Source: Felis catus
Taxonomy: Eukaryota
Direction of reading: 5' to 3'
DNA: 64,000 nucleotides
NCBI RefSeq assembly: GCF_018350175.1
Contig: NC_058369.1
Coordinates: 1,986,001 to 2,050,000 of the forward strand
The position numbers and the translations under genes were made by a program. Of the stretch, positions 52,911-64,000 are shown piece by piece. The first letter of the stretch is position 1. The number at the start of each line of letters is the position of its first letter. A model generated the notes under the pieces. The model was not told the DNA's origin, did not search any database, and saw nothing but the letters and a program-made list of their open reading frames with translations.

Positions 52911-53150
52911 TCTCATTGGCTGAACTGTGGCTCTCTTTAATTGGCCGAGGCGTGGCTGTCTCTCATTGGCTGGGCTGCGACCATCCCTCATTGGCTGGGT
53001 TGTGACTGTCTCTCATTGGCTGGGCTGTGGCTCTCACTGGCTGAGCCCTGGCTCTCTCGCATTGGCTGGACTGTGACTGGCTTTCATTGGCTGGCCTATG
53101 ATTGTCTCTCATTGGCTGGGCTATGATTGTCTCTCATTGGCTGAGCTGTT
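52911..53150 (-). repeat. Tandem array of about ten 21-26 bp units, each with a CCAAT box (LTR U3)
   Basis: Unit ~TCTCTCATTGGCTGGGCTGTGACTG; nine perfect ATTGG plus one ACTGG. Confidence 0.9.
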
Positions 53151-53189
53151 GCCACCGGAGGAAATAATCCTTCCTCCTGCATGAGCAGT

Positions 53190-54530
53190 GATGCATTACG
53201 GGTGTGCAGGTGCGTCTCTCCGTGTTGTGTCTGCCCTTGGCCCTGAGCGGCAGGTTCGGGAGCTTCCCCTGTGGACTCCTGACTCCACTTCAGTCGTGTC
53301 GCCTTTACTCAGCCTGGAAGAGGTGCCCGGCTCCTGGGTGGTTTTCATCGCTGGCGATCGGGAGTCGTGCCGCGGAGAGCAGAGCGCGTGCGCACGCGTG
53401 TGTGTGATGGCGCTCGTCCTCCCGGGTCTGGGGCAGGTGGATACGAGGAGCGGACCTGCCGTGCTGGGTGGGAACTCCACGTTGCTCATGCTGGGGGTCC
53501 ACCAGACTCTTCCAAAGCGGCCGCCCCCGCTTACATCCGGAGCAGGATAAATGAAGGCGAATGCGCCCTGCTCACGGCCTCGCCGGCGCTTCCTGGGGCG
53601 TCTTTATAGCCAGTGTGGTGGGTGCGAAGGGGCCTCTGCTGGTAGTTCGAGGTGCGTGTCCCTCGTGACGAATGTCTAGCATCTTTTCATCGACCCACTG
53701 GCCATTTGCATATGTTCTTTGGAGAAGTGTCTGGGTGCGCAAATGTTAGGTGTGGGCTTTTCCCCGCCGCCCCTTTTCGGGATGAGGGAGTTCCTTTCTG
53801 TTCCTAGTTGGCTGAGTATTTTTGTCAAGAGAGGGTGGTGGGTTCAAGGAGATACCTTTTCTGTGTGTAAGTGATCATGGGGTTTTTGTTTCTCTTCTGT
53901 TCATGAAGTTTATGACTGCTATTTTGCTTGGTGAGCCAACCATTTTATTCCCAGATAAATCTCGCTTGGTCACGTTGTAGAATCCATTTTATTACTATTT
54001 TTAAAGTTTTTTTAAACATTCATTTTTTGAGAGTGAGAGGGACAGAGCATGATCGGGGGAGGCAGAGAGAGAGGGAGACACAGAATCAGAAGCAGGCTCC
54101 AGGCTCGGAGCTGTCAGCACGGGGCCTGAGGCAGGGCTGGAACTCACAGACTTGAGCGATCCTGACCTGAGCCGAAGTCAGACATTCAACCAACTGAGCC
54201 ACCCAGGCGCCCCTGTAGAATCCATTTCATATAGGATTAATTTTGGTGTCAGGATAAACTGGCCACATGGGGTAGATTGGAAGTGTCTGTGCATGGTTGC
54301 ATTTTGCATATGGATCCCTGATGTGTGGTGACATTGAACTCATTTCATGTGCTTTTTGGCCACTTCTGTATCTTCCTAGGGAAATGTGCATTCACATTTT
54401 TTTGTCCGTTATTTAGTTGTATTATTTGTCTTTATAATGTAACCTATAATATAATCTTGTTTATTGTTGTTACACAAGTTTTGAAAAACCTGTGTAGGTT
54501 ACAAGCCTCGTGTCAGATGTGACTAGCAAA
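53190..54530 (-). mobile_element. Ancient L1 fragments; the first ~500 bp are strongly GC/CpG-enriched
   Basis: Order of L1 motifs retained (ttccaaagcggc...ttacat, gcatcttttcat...tggccatttgcatat..tctttggagaagtgtctg). Confidence 0.7.
53996..54213 (-). mobile_element. Can-SINE
   Basis: TSD TGTAGAATCCATTT. Confidence 0.92.
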
Positions 54531-56150
54531 CCCACGCTGCAGCCCCAGATGAAATGGTGCTGCCTTCGTTGTAGCTGATGTAGCTGGGATTCTGTGTGCT
54601 TAGGTTGTGGAAACATGTCTTTTATTTAAGTAATTCCTGATTATTTTCTCATAATTGTTTGCTTTTTCCTTCAGTGATGTGGTGCCCTCATATTGCTCCA
54701 AAGATACTATGTGTAGGGTGTTCAGATTGGTTGGGGAGGGAGGGTGGGCAGCATAGGCTGTGAAAGAATTCACCCACAGCAGAATTTACCCAACAAAGGA
54801 GTTAGAAGTCTGTTGAATGCACTGTAGGGGAGCTGCAGGCCACCAGGGGGTGGTGACGAGCTATGGTCATAGGGCAGAGTGAAGGAGTGTAGGGACACAT
54901 GGAAATTCGCCCTTTTTGTGGTAACTGTGCCCGGTTGTAAGTAGACCATTGGAGAGTTGGGGCCTGTGGCTATCTAGAGGCGGGTCACTTCATGAGCCTG
55001 TTTTTTATCCGTCTGTGTGGTCACTGTGGGCCCTCTTGCCTAACTCAGTTTTCCATTGGTGAAGCCTGTGGTCTAAATGTGGCCCTGACATCCCCCTGAC
55101 AGGCGGAAAATGACAAATCTTTGGCGTTAGGACAGGGGTGTCACCTTCAGTAGCTTCTTCCTGCCGAATGAGGGCAGAGAGATGTCCCTGGTATGTCAAC
55201 ATTCAGCAGGAAAATAAGCCTGAAGAAAAGACCTTTGATAGTTGACCATGATCTTCCTCCAGTCCAGGAGTTTCGCCAGTCATTAAAGGAGAGGGAGGGA
55301 TCCTTTCAAGCACCGACGTGAGGATTTGTATCTGTCAGCGCTCCTGTTACGTTATGGGGGTAATCTGGAGCGCATACGTGGCGCTCTGTTTTAACGAAAG
55401 CATAGGTTCCTTTTTGAGCTGCTGCAGGATATCAGGCCATTGGGTATCGGAGGGTCACCTTCTCCGTTTGTGGGTGACTGTGTGTTGGGCTTGGTTAAAG
55501 ATGGCTGTTGTATGCCTGGCTAAAACCTCTATTTGTAATTTTAAATCCATTGAGGTTTTCCAGGAGAAATATGGTTACAGGAGAGGACCATTAATAAGCC
55601 TTCAATGCCTGATGTCTAACCTTAACAATATCCTAATTATGAGGACTTGCTGGCAAATGGGAGCTACCTCTCCCCGGAGATAAGGACGTCCCAACCTGCA
55701 CCATGCAATCCAATATAAGGAAAATGAGGGCATCCCTTACTTCTGTGAGTCCATAGTTAATCACGTGGAGTGGGATATGCTCAAGCATTTAAGGAGTGAA
55801 TTTCTTATCACAGCCATGCAGAATTGGTCAAGGTGACAGTTGAGTCATGCAGTTGTTGGGGAGTCCTTCCCATTTTCCAGCTGTTCAAATAATGCTGTGT
55901 CCCTGGGGTTCTGTTCTTATCCACACAGAGTAACAAGCATGACGATTCCCTGTACATGAGTTATTGTGGCAATCTCTCTGAAGTTCACGTCAAGTTGTCT
56001 AGCGTTGGTATTCAGAATTTTAATAAAAACAGCAGTTTTAACTTTTAATGATTTTAAGTCATGAGAAAGGAAGATATGAAACCTTAGTTTGGAGAGCTCT
56101 AGCCAGATATTTGAGGAAACCAGGAGAATTCAAAACCTAGTCTGGTTTAT

Positions 56151-56366
56151 GGGGCGCCTGGGTGGCGCAGTCGGTTAAGCGTCCGACTTCAGCCAGGTCA
56201 CGATCTCGCGGTCCGTGAGTTCGAGCCCCGCGTCAGGCTCTGGGGTGATGGCTCGGAGCCTGGAGCCTGTTTCCGATTCTGTGTCTCCCTCTCTCTCTGC
56301 CCCTCCCCCGTTCATGCTCTGTCTCTCTCTGTCCCAAAAATAAATAAACGTTGAAAAAAAAAATTT
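56151..56366 (+). mobile_element. Young Can-SINE
   Basis: TSD AAAACCTAGTCTGGTTTAT; empty site near 33340. Confidence 0.95.
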
Positions 56367-56644
56367 AAAAACCTAGTCTGGTTTATAAGAAATAGTACCA
56401 AAAACCCAGTACCTACAAAGATGTTGTTTTGAAAACATAATTATTTTCTCTCTGCATTCACTCTTATTTCTAGAGATAGCCAAATCAAGACTGATTTGTT
56501 TGTAAAACAGGTCCAGTTTTAACAAAATGGCCTAGTTATTTACAAACGCTCAGCAAGAACAGTGATTGGCCATATAAGTTTTTTAAAAAGCTTGCTTTGC
56601 TCAAAATTTTCATAAGGAATCTCTAGATCGAACTTTTTAAAAAA

Positions 56645-56859
56645 ACTTTATTTATTTAAATGTTTATTTTTGAGACAAAGAGAGACAGAGCATGAACAAG
56701 GGAGGATCAGAGAGAGAGGGGGAGACTTAGAATCCGAAGCAGGCTCCAGGCTCTGAGCTGTCAGCACAGACACTGACATGGGGCTTGAAATCACGGACCG
56801 TGAGATCATGACCTGAGCCGAAGTTGGACGCTTAACCGACTGAGCCACCCAGGTGCCCC
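56645..56859 (-). mobile_element. Can-SINE
   Basis: Reverse SINE; empty site near 33590. Confidence 0.92.
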
Positions 56860-57170
56860 TCTAGAGACTGAAGTTTTAATAGCCCCTCGAGGCCAGAAGA
56901 CAAGCCAAATATTTGTCATCAGACTTGTCTGCAAGACCTGTAGATTTATGTGATTTCTTCTTCTCAAGGTCCCCAAACCATCCTGAGGTTTCCGGCACCT
57001 GCCAGGAGTTGACTTGACTCACCTGGTAAGGCTGCTGGGAACTCTGTCAGCAAGGCATCAGGCCAGTATTTCCAGGGGGGTTGATTGGCTCCACAAAGTC
57101 CACCTTAATTCCTTCAAGCTGTCTGGTTAGTTCTGGGTCTATGCAGGTCTGTCTCAAATCCGACATTCCT

Positions 57171-57373
57171 GGGGCGCCTGGGTGGCGCAGTCGGTTAAGC
57201 GTCCGACTTCAGCCAGGTCACGATCTCGCGGTCCGTGAGTTCGAGCCCCGCGTCAGGCTCTGGGCTGATGGCTCAGAGCCTGGAGCCTGTTTCTGATTCT
57301 GTGTCTCCCTCTCTCTCTGCCCCTCCCCCGTTCATGCTCTGTCTCTCTCTGTCCCAAAAATAAATAAACGTTG

Positions 57374-57421
<48 letters not shown>
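57171..57421 (+). mobile_element. Very young Can-SINE with a ~50-nt pure A tail
   Basis: Perfect TSD AAATCCGACATTCCT; empty site at 33878-33892. Confidence 0.97.
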
Positions 57422-57427
<6 letters not shown>

Positions 57428-59169
57428 GACATTCCTGTCAAATCTTTGGTGAAATAACCAATGTGACCAATGGTGTCTTGTTACAAGGAGAAGAGATTCT
57501 GACTGTACTTAAGCAAAAAGGAGGGGAGGACTCAGCACTCAGATGTGTCGGAATGTGTTTGCTTGTAGATCAAGATGGCAGCTGCATCCATGGGAACTAA
57601 GGAGTTGAGGGGGGAATCTGACAGAAGCAAGGCTGCCGAGACTCAGCCAGCGGCAGGAAGGGTCCCAGCTGAGTCCTTCCCATGTGCGGATTCACCACGG
57701 CCGAGCTGCCATTGCCACCTGTGCCACTCGTTGGGAATAGACCTTGGGAACAGAGTGGAGAGGAGGGGAAAGGGGTCATTCGTGCATACAGGCCCGAATG
57801 GTCTGACCTTGTTCACCCTCAGACCCATAGACCATACCAGGGACCCCTTGGATAGAGAACTTTGGCTGCCTGGTGAGGACTGTGGTTACACCTGCCAAAG
57901 GGCAAAAAGAAAGGAGAAGGAGTCAAGGATCCCCCCTGAAGGGCAAGAGGGGAAATCCCTCATCCTGTTGGGCAAGGGGTGCCCCGTAGACGCCCCCTGG
58001 GACTTGGGATCCTCACCAAGGAGGAACCTCTCAGGTGGAGGTTGTCAGGTGCCCAGAGAACACTAGAGTCAGGCCACCAAGGGAAACTCCCAGAAAATTC
58101 CTAGAAAATCCCAGGAGAGGCCCAGTACAGCAGAGGGTCCCTGTGAAGGCCATCAAATGTGGGGTGACCCGATCAGGGGAGGCCCGCAGCTCGGGGGGTG
58201 AGAGAATTCCCCCCAAGGCAGAACAGAGGAGATGGGAGTTTGCTGAATACCCTGCGAGGGAGCAGCGGGCAGGACGGTAAAGAAGAGACCGTCTGCCAGG
58301 AGGCGGTGCTGGGGGCTACAGTTATGGGATCACGAGGGAGCATGGGAACCTTTGGAATGCTCCCTGTGTGGGACCTGTGCCCGGTTGTAAGTCGCAGGGG
58401 TTAGTTAGGGCCTGTGGCCATTTCGAGGCAGGTCACTCAGGAGCCCGTGTGCATTCAGCTGTGTGCTCACTGTGCCCTTTGCTGCGTATTTTTCCATCAC
58501 TCAGGCCTGTTGCCTAAAAACGGTCCGTCCATACGCTGTGATTCTTCCTCCTGTGTTAACGTGAGCGGTGGCTGTGTCCCCATCAATCCCTCAGGGACTC
58601 TTCCTTCTGGTGCCCTTTTCCTTGAATTCTGGGCCCTGGGTTAAATGTTTGAGCGGCCCTGCTGACTTCCAAGTTTCTTAAGGCCCCGGACTCGTCTTAC
58701 ACATCAGGTGTGCCAGGCGCCCGGGCCCTGGCCTGTGTCCGTGCCCAGAGCCCAACTAATCTGGGGAAAGGGTCATGTCTGCCTGTCGGAAGAGAGGGGA
58801 TTCCACCAGGCTTCTTGACTTGTTCCTTCCAAGGCAAGAGCTCCTCCCATCAAGGAGCCCTGGAATCTGAGTGTCCACAGCATCCTGATATTCTGGTTCC
58901 AGTTCTTGGAGCTGACGAGGCATAATCGTCTTAGAGCAAGCCAAGTGTGTGTCCTCCGGTCTGTGTGTTGTCCGAGTGAATATTTCAGTTTTCGGTCTGT
59001 ACAGTACTGGTCTGCTCAGATCTGTCTCAGTGTAAATAACCCAGTAAATTGGGTGTGTGTAAGTCTATGTCAGCTGTTGTCCTCACCCTCTGTTGTGACT
59101 CAGGGGTCCTAGGAATGGAGTGCAGCTCCCTGCCCGTCACCCTTTATTCTCCCACACATGTGGGTGTAG

Positions 59170-59367
<198 letters not shown>

Positions 59368-59536
59368 TAGGGAAGAAATGTTTCTTACAATTGGGTATTC
59401 TTACTGGGCCGGAGGAATGGGAATACGTTGGAAGAAGGACAGAGTTGGTCCAAGCATTCATGAAACCTATCTGGAGTCATATAGCTTTTCCACAAAAGCA
59501 TAGTTTTATGTGTTAAATTGGTTGTTTATTACCCTG

Positions 59537-59749
59537 TTTTTTAAAGTTTATTTATTTTGAGAGGGAGAGAGAGTGTGTGTAGACACTACTCATGAGAGTG
59601 GGGGACGGGGAGAGAGAGAATCCCAAGGAGGCTCCGCACCGTCAGCACAGAGCGCAATGTGGACTTGATCTCACGAACCGTGAGATCATGACCTGAGCTG
59701 AAACCCAGAGTTGGGTGCTTAACCAACTGAGCAAGCCACCAGGCACTCC
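59537..59749 (-). mobile_element. Can-SINE (older)
   Basis: Reverse SINE. Confidence 0.85.
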
Positions 59750-60185
59750 AAGGCCACTAGTTTTAAGACCAAGAAATGTTGCCGACTTGCTACATGCCAG
59801 CACAGGGAGGAGACAAACAAATATGTTGTAAAGGAAACAACAGGACAAAACCACTGAAAATGAGCTACATGATACGGAGATAAGAGACCTACCAGAGACA
59901 GAGTTCAAAGTCATGGTCCTGCAGATCCTCACCAGTCTTTTGAGAGAAGAGTGTAGAAACACAGACCTTCAACAAGAAGATAGAAACTATAAACAAAAAC
60001 CAGTCTCAGCTCAGAGTTTCCATAACTGGCCTGAAAAACGCCAGATGGAATCTGCAGGAGGTAAGAGGATGTTAAACACAGATCAGTCATCTGGAAGATG
60101 CACTAGTGAGAAGCCACCAGGATGAACAGCAAAAGAACAATACTGACAAATAAGTGAGGACAGGTTCCGGGACCTCTGTCACTAC

Positions 60186-61035
60186 TGGGCCGCTTGGTTC
60201 TTGTCCTGGATGCACCAAAGAATCGGAGACCTGTACCAGAATGGGGAGCTGGGGTGGCTTGAGTAGATATGCGTAGTCATTGCGCTTTCCATTAGAGAAA
60301 AGGGGCCACTGCTGGAGTAAGAGGGGCCGTGGCCCCAGGATGCTCTCCTTTGAAGCCTGCTTCGTGTCCGTGTAAATTTGCCTTTGGTTGACATTTTGAC
60401 TGGCAAAATGGTGGTTGCAGAATATTTGGGCTTCTGTGCCTGTGCCTGCTCATGATTCATTCCGTTAGAATTGTACAGATTTATATATTGTCTATTTATG
60501 AGTTTTTGCTATTTATGAGTTTTATGAGCTTTTGCTGTAACCTTAAGAGTAAGTTGCACTCTTTCTGCACATGGCTCAGCTCTTGAAAGTCCCAATGTGG
60601 CTTTTTGTTTTTGAATTTGTTTTTTTAGAGAGAGAGAGTATGCAAGCAGAGGATGGGGCAAAGGGAGAGGGAGAGGAGAGAGAGAGAGAGAGGGAATTCT
60701 CAGGCTACACGCTAAGCACGGAGTCCAAAGCAGGGCCTGATCCCATGGCCCTGGTATCATGACTTGAGCCAAAATCAAGAGTCAGATGCTAAACAGACTG
60801 AGCCACTGAGGCTCCCTCATACACACCCCTCACACACACCTCCCTCATACACACCTTTGTGGCTTTTGAGCCAGCTCGGTGGCTAGGCCTTTCCTGTTTT
60901 GTTAGCCCTTAGAGGTGGCTCTGTAGGTGTGGCTGTTAGCCCCACCCCCCGCCACGCCCCACGTAGGGGTGGCTCTGAGGTTGTGGCCAGATCTGTTTTA
61001 TCCCTCCTCACTCATGTCTAACTAACTGCCCCACA
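60186..61035. mobile_element. Probable LTR inserted in L1 ORF1 (contains a SINE)
   Basis: Interrupts L1 ORF1 sequence; TG...CA ends; flanks CTAC/CTAT. Confidence 0.5.
60603..60817 (-). mobile_element. Can-SINE (older)
   Basis: Reverse SINE. Confidence 0.85.
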
Positions 61036-61606
61036 CTATACCATGTCAGGGGGAATAACATTTTATTAGAGAAGTCTAAGGAGGGGAAGAGAGAGAAAGG
61101 GGCAGAAACTTACTAGAAGAAACAAAAGCTGAGAATTTCCCTAATCAGGAGATGGGAACAGATATCCAGATCCAGGAAGGACAGCAAGCCTAAACAGGAT
61201 GAACCAAAGGACGTTCACGCCAAGACTTACAATAAAACGGGAACAAACTTAAAACTAAGGAGATAAGGTCTAAGAAGAAAGAGAAAAGCAAACTGTAAAC
61301 TCTAAGGGAAATTTCGTAAGGCTGTCAGCTGATTTTTTTAGCAGAAACATGGCAAGTCAGTGGGGAGTGCCATAATACTTTCGAAGGGCCAAAAGGAAAT
61401 AACTATGACCAAGGATATTCTACCAGGCAAAGTTAATCATTCAGAATTGAAAGAGACAGAGCTTCCCAGAGAAAAATAATTAAAGATGTTCATCACCATT
61501 AACCCAGCTTTACAAGAAATCTCAAAGGACTTCTTTTAAATGGAAAAGAAAAGGCCATATGTAGAATCATGAAAAGTATGAAAGGAAAAACAAAATTGCT
61601 GGCAGA

Positions 61607-61812
61607 GGGGCACCTGGGCAGCTTAGTCAGTTAAGCATCCAATTTCAGCTCAGGTCATATTCTCACAGTTCCTGGGTCCGAGCCCCACGTCAGGCTTTGT
61701 GCTGACCGCTCAGAGCCTGGAGCCTGCTTTGGGTTCTGTGTCTCCCTCTCTCTCTGCCCCTCCTCTGCTCACACTCTGTCTCTCTCTCAAAATAAATAAA
61801 CGTTAAAAAAAA
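61607..61812 (+). mobile_element. Can-SINE inside the L1
   Basis: TSD ~AATTGCTGGCAGA/AATTCCTGGTAGA. Confidence 0.9.
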
Positions 61813-64000
61813 TATTTTTAATTCCTGGTAGAAGCAAATGTGTGGTAAAGATAGTAAACCAATCACTTACAGAATTAGTATGAAGGTAAAACTCAAAAGT
61901 AGTAAACTCAAAAGTTGTATCTTGAGGTTACTCAAGGGATACACAAGAAAAGATGTGAAATATGTGGTTGCTGGCTGGCTCAGTCAGTAGAGTGTGTGAC
62001 TCTTCATCTCAGAGTCATAAGTTCAAGCCCCATATTCATTGGTGTGAACCCTTGGGGAAAAAAAGACATGAAGTATGACATCATACCCATAAAATGTGGG
62101 GGAGTATAAATGTGTTTTAGAATGTGTTCAAATAAGCAATTATTAATGTAATACATACTGCTGTATGCACAAGATACTACATATGAACCTCATGGTGACC
62201 ATAAACCAAAACCCTATAATCCATGCACAGAAAATAGTGAAAGGTACACAAGCAAAACATTAGGGAAAGTTGTCAGATCACACGAGGAGAGAGCATGAGT
62301 AGAAAGGAACAGAGAAGAACTATGAAAGCACTTAGAAAACATTGAACGAAATAGCAAGAAGTACATGCCTCTCAATAGTTACTTTCAGTGTAGGTGGACT
62401 GAAGGCTCCAATCAAAAGATCTACAGTGACTGAATGAATAAGAAGAAAAGACCCATGTATATTCTGCCTGCAAGGGAGTCACTGTCACCCAGTGGACACA
62501 GACTGAAAGTCAAGCAGATGGAAATAGATTTTCCATGCAAATGGAAGTGGGGGAAAAAGCAGAGGTAGAAATACTTCTATGAGATAAAGCAGACTTCAAA
62601 ACAAAGACTGTAATAGACAAAGGCATGACACGATGACAAACAGATCAATCCAACAGGGGGCGTATAACAATTGCATATATCCATGCATCTGACAGGGACA
62701 CCTCAATATATAAAGCAAACATTACTAAATACAAAGGCAGAAAATGACAGTAGTACAGTAATTGTGAGAGAATTTAACACTCCACTAATATGAATGCATA
62801 GAACGTCTAGACTAATAATCAGTGAGGAAAGAATGGATTTCAATGACACATCAGACCAGATGGACTTAATAGATGTATACAGGACAGTCCATCCCGAACA
62901 GTGGAATGCACATTCTTTTCAAGTCTGCATGGAACATTCTGCAGGATAGACCATAGGTTAGGCCCAAAATTTTACAAGTTGCAGTAAATTTAAGAAGACT
63001 GAAACCATACCAAGCATGTTTTCCATGCATAGCAGTATGAAAGTACAAGTCAAGTACAAGAAAACAGAAGGAAGCTCCAACGCATGGAGCCTAAACAGAA
63101 TGCTACTAAACAACAAAGAAATTAAAGTGAAGTTGTTAAATACCTCCAGGTATTCACTGAATGAATGCCGTGATGGAAGATTTTTGGCATGTGTAGCATA
63201 AGCAGTTTGAAGAGGGAAGTGTATAGTGACACAAGCCTACGTCAGGAAACAAGAAAAATCTCAAACATTCTACCATTGCACCTAGAGTAACTAGAAAAAG
63301 AACAAGCAAAGCCCAAATCATAGCGAACAGAGCAGAAATAAATGAGATTTAAAAATAGATCAATTGCAAGAAGAGCTGGTTTTTTGAAAAGATAAAATTG
63401 ACAATATCTGGTGAAAGTAATCAAGAAAACAAGAGAGAAGGCTCAAAATTAGAAATGAAACTAATGAAACTAGAAAGAAAACTTGCAATCAACACCACAG
63501 AAATACAATGGGTTAAAATAGATTAGCATGAGAAATTGTTTGCCAACAAACTGCACAAGCTAGAAGAAATAGACAAGTTTTTAGAAACTGTAATCTGCCA
63601 AGGCTAGATCAAGACGTAATAGAAAATGTAAATACATCCATTACAAGAAACAAAATTGAATTACTAGTGAAACAACTCCTAGGAAAAATCCAGAACCATC
63701 CAGATGGCCTCACAGGTACATTCTACCAAACATAAAGAAGAGTTATACCTATCCTACTCAAACTATTCTCAAAAATAGAGGCGGAAAGAATACTTGCAAG
63801 TTCATTCCATAAGGCCAGCATTACCCTGATACCAAAACCAGACAAAGTCACTACAAAGAGAAAAAAAGTTACACAGGAATATCCCTGTTGAACATAGATG
63901 TCAAATATAAAACAAAATGTTAGCAAACTGAATTCAAAATATATTCAAAGGAGCATTCACCACAATCAAGTGGGATTTATTCCATGGATGCAAGGATTTA

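Larger units (their letters stand above)
48200..53190 (-). mobile_element. ERV remnant in intron 1 of paralog C with 5' LTR (~52682-53190) and a PBS-like site (52659-52676)
   Basis: Minus strand TGGTGATCACCAGGGGAC lies next to the LTR end and resembles a tRNA-Arg PBS (TGGCGACCACGAAGGGAC, 14/18); absent from paralog B intron 1. Confidence 0.6.
54712..58535 (-). mobile_element. Internally deleted class I provirus with both LTRs (3' LTR 54712-55090, 5' LTR 58158-58535) and an env TM remnant (~55180-55700)
   Basis: Two diverged homologous LTRs; flanks CTATG/CTGTG as a candidate 5-bp TSD; purine tract next to the 3' LTR; frameshifted env motif approximately ...DIL-AAQKGTYAFVKTERHVCAPDYPHNVT (ISD/CX6CC region). 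Confidence 0.8.
59752..64000 (+). mobile_element. Degraded L1 (ORF1 and 5' half of ORF2) in intron 2 of paralog C, running off the window
   Basis: L1 ORF1-like sequence 59760-61560; endonuclease-like sequence from ~62350; RT-proximal ASITLIPKP and HHNQVGFIP motifs at the end. Confidence 0.88.

Noticed and set aside
52911..53150. CRISPR-like repeat array
   Set aside because: Tandem units have no unique spacers, sit inside an LTR in mammalian DNA, and have no cas genes nearby
55180..55700. Syncytin-like captured env
   Set aside because: No long ORF; the ISD is frameshifted and the CX6CC cysteines are lost
58137..58157. Assigning the tRNA type of the provirus PBS
   Set aside because: Too degenerate; only the final ACAGGGAC resembles a tRNA-Lys3 PBS
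61965..62065. tRNA gene
   Set aside because: Decayed tRNA-derived SINE head; the same applies to the other A/B-box matches in the window

Overview
Mammalian genomic DNA, almost certainly a felid, judging by the many Can-SINE copies of the SINEC_Fc/Fc2 type. The window covers three tandem, plus-strand paralogs of a KRAB-C2H2 zinc-finger gene. Its spacer and first fingers resemble human ZNF77, recognised from memory rather than by a database search. Paralog A shows its KRAB-A exon (3665-3791), spacer exon (ending 7066) and a finger exon with 14 intact fingers (7486-9184); its ATG exon lies upstream of the window. Paralog B (27334-40098) is a pseudogene that keeps its CpG-island/CCAAT promoter. 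Paralog C shows its promoter, ATG exon (44038-44040) and an intact KRAB-A exon (59209-59335); the rest lies downstream. The remainder is L1, SINE, MaLR and class I ERV debris. Main observations: (1) paralog A has a 5-bp frameshift in its long spacer exon, and an internal AG acceptor absent from paralog B would restore the frame, so it may encode both a KRAB-only and a full-length protein; (2) identity between the paralogs is a patchwork with sharp edges, suggesting gene conversion, and one edge falls inside the KRAB exon; (3) an L1 fossil has become CpG-rich next to an LTR carrying about 10 CCAAT boxes; (4) one intron holds a triple-nested LTR. No wholly new class of biological system is supported. 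Percent identities are by-eye estimates and repeat boundaries are approximate.
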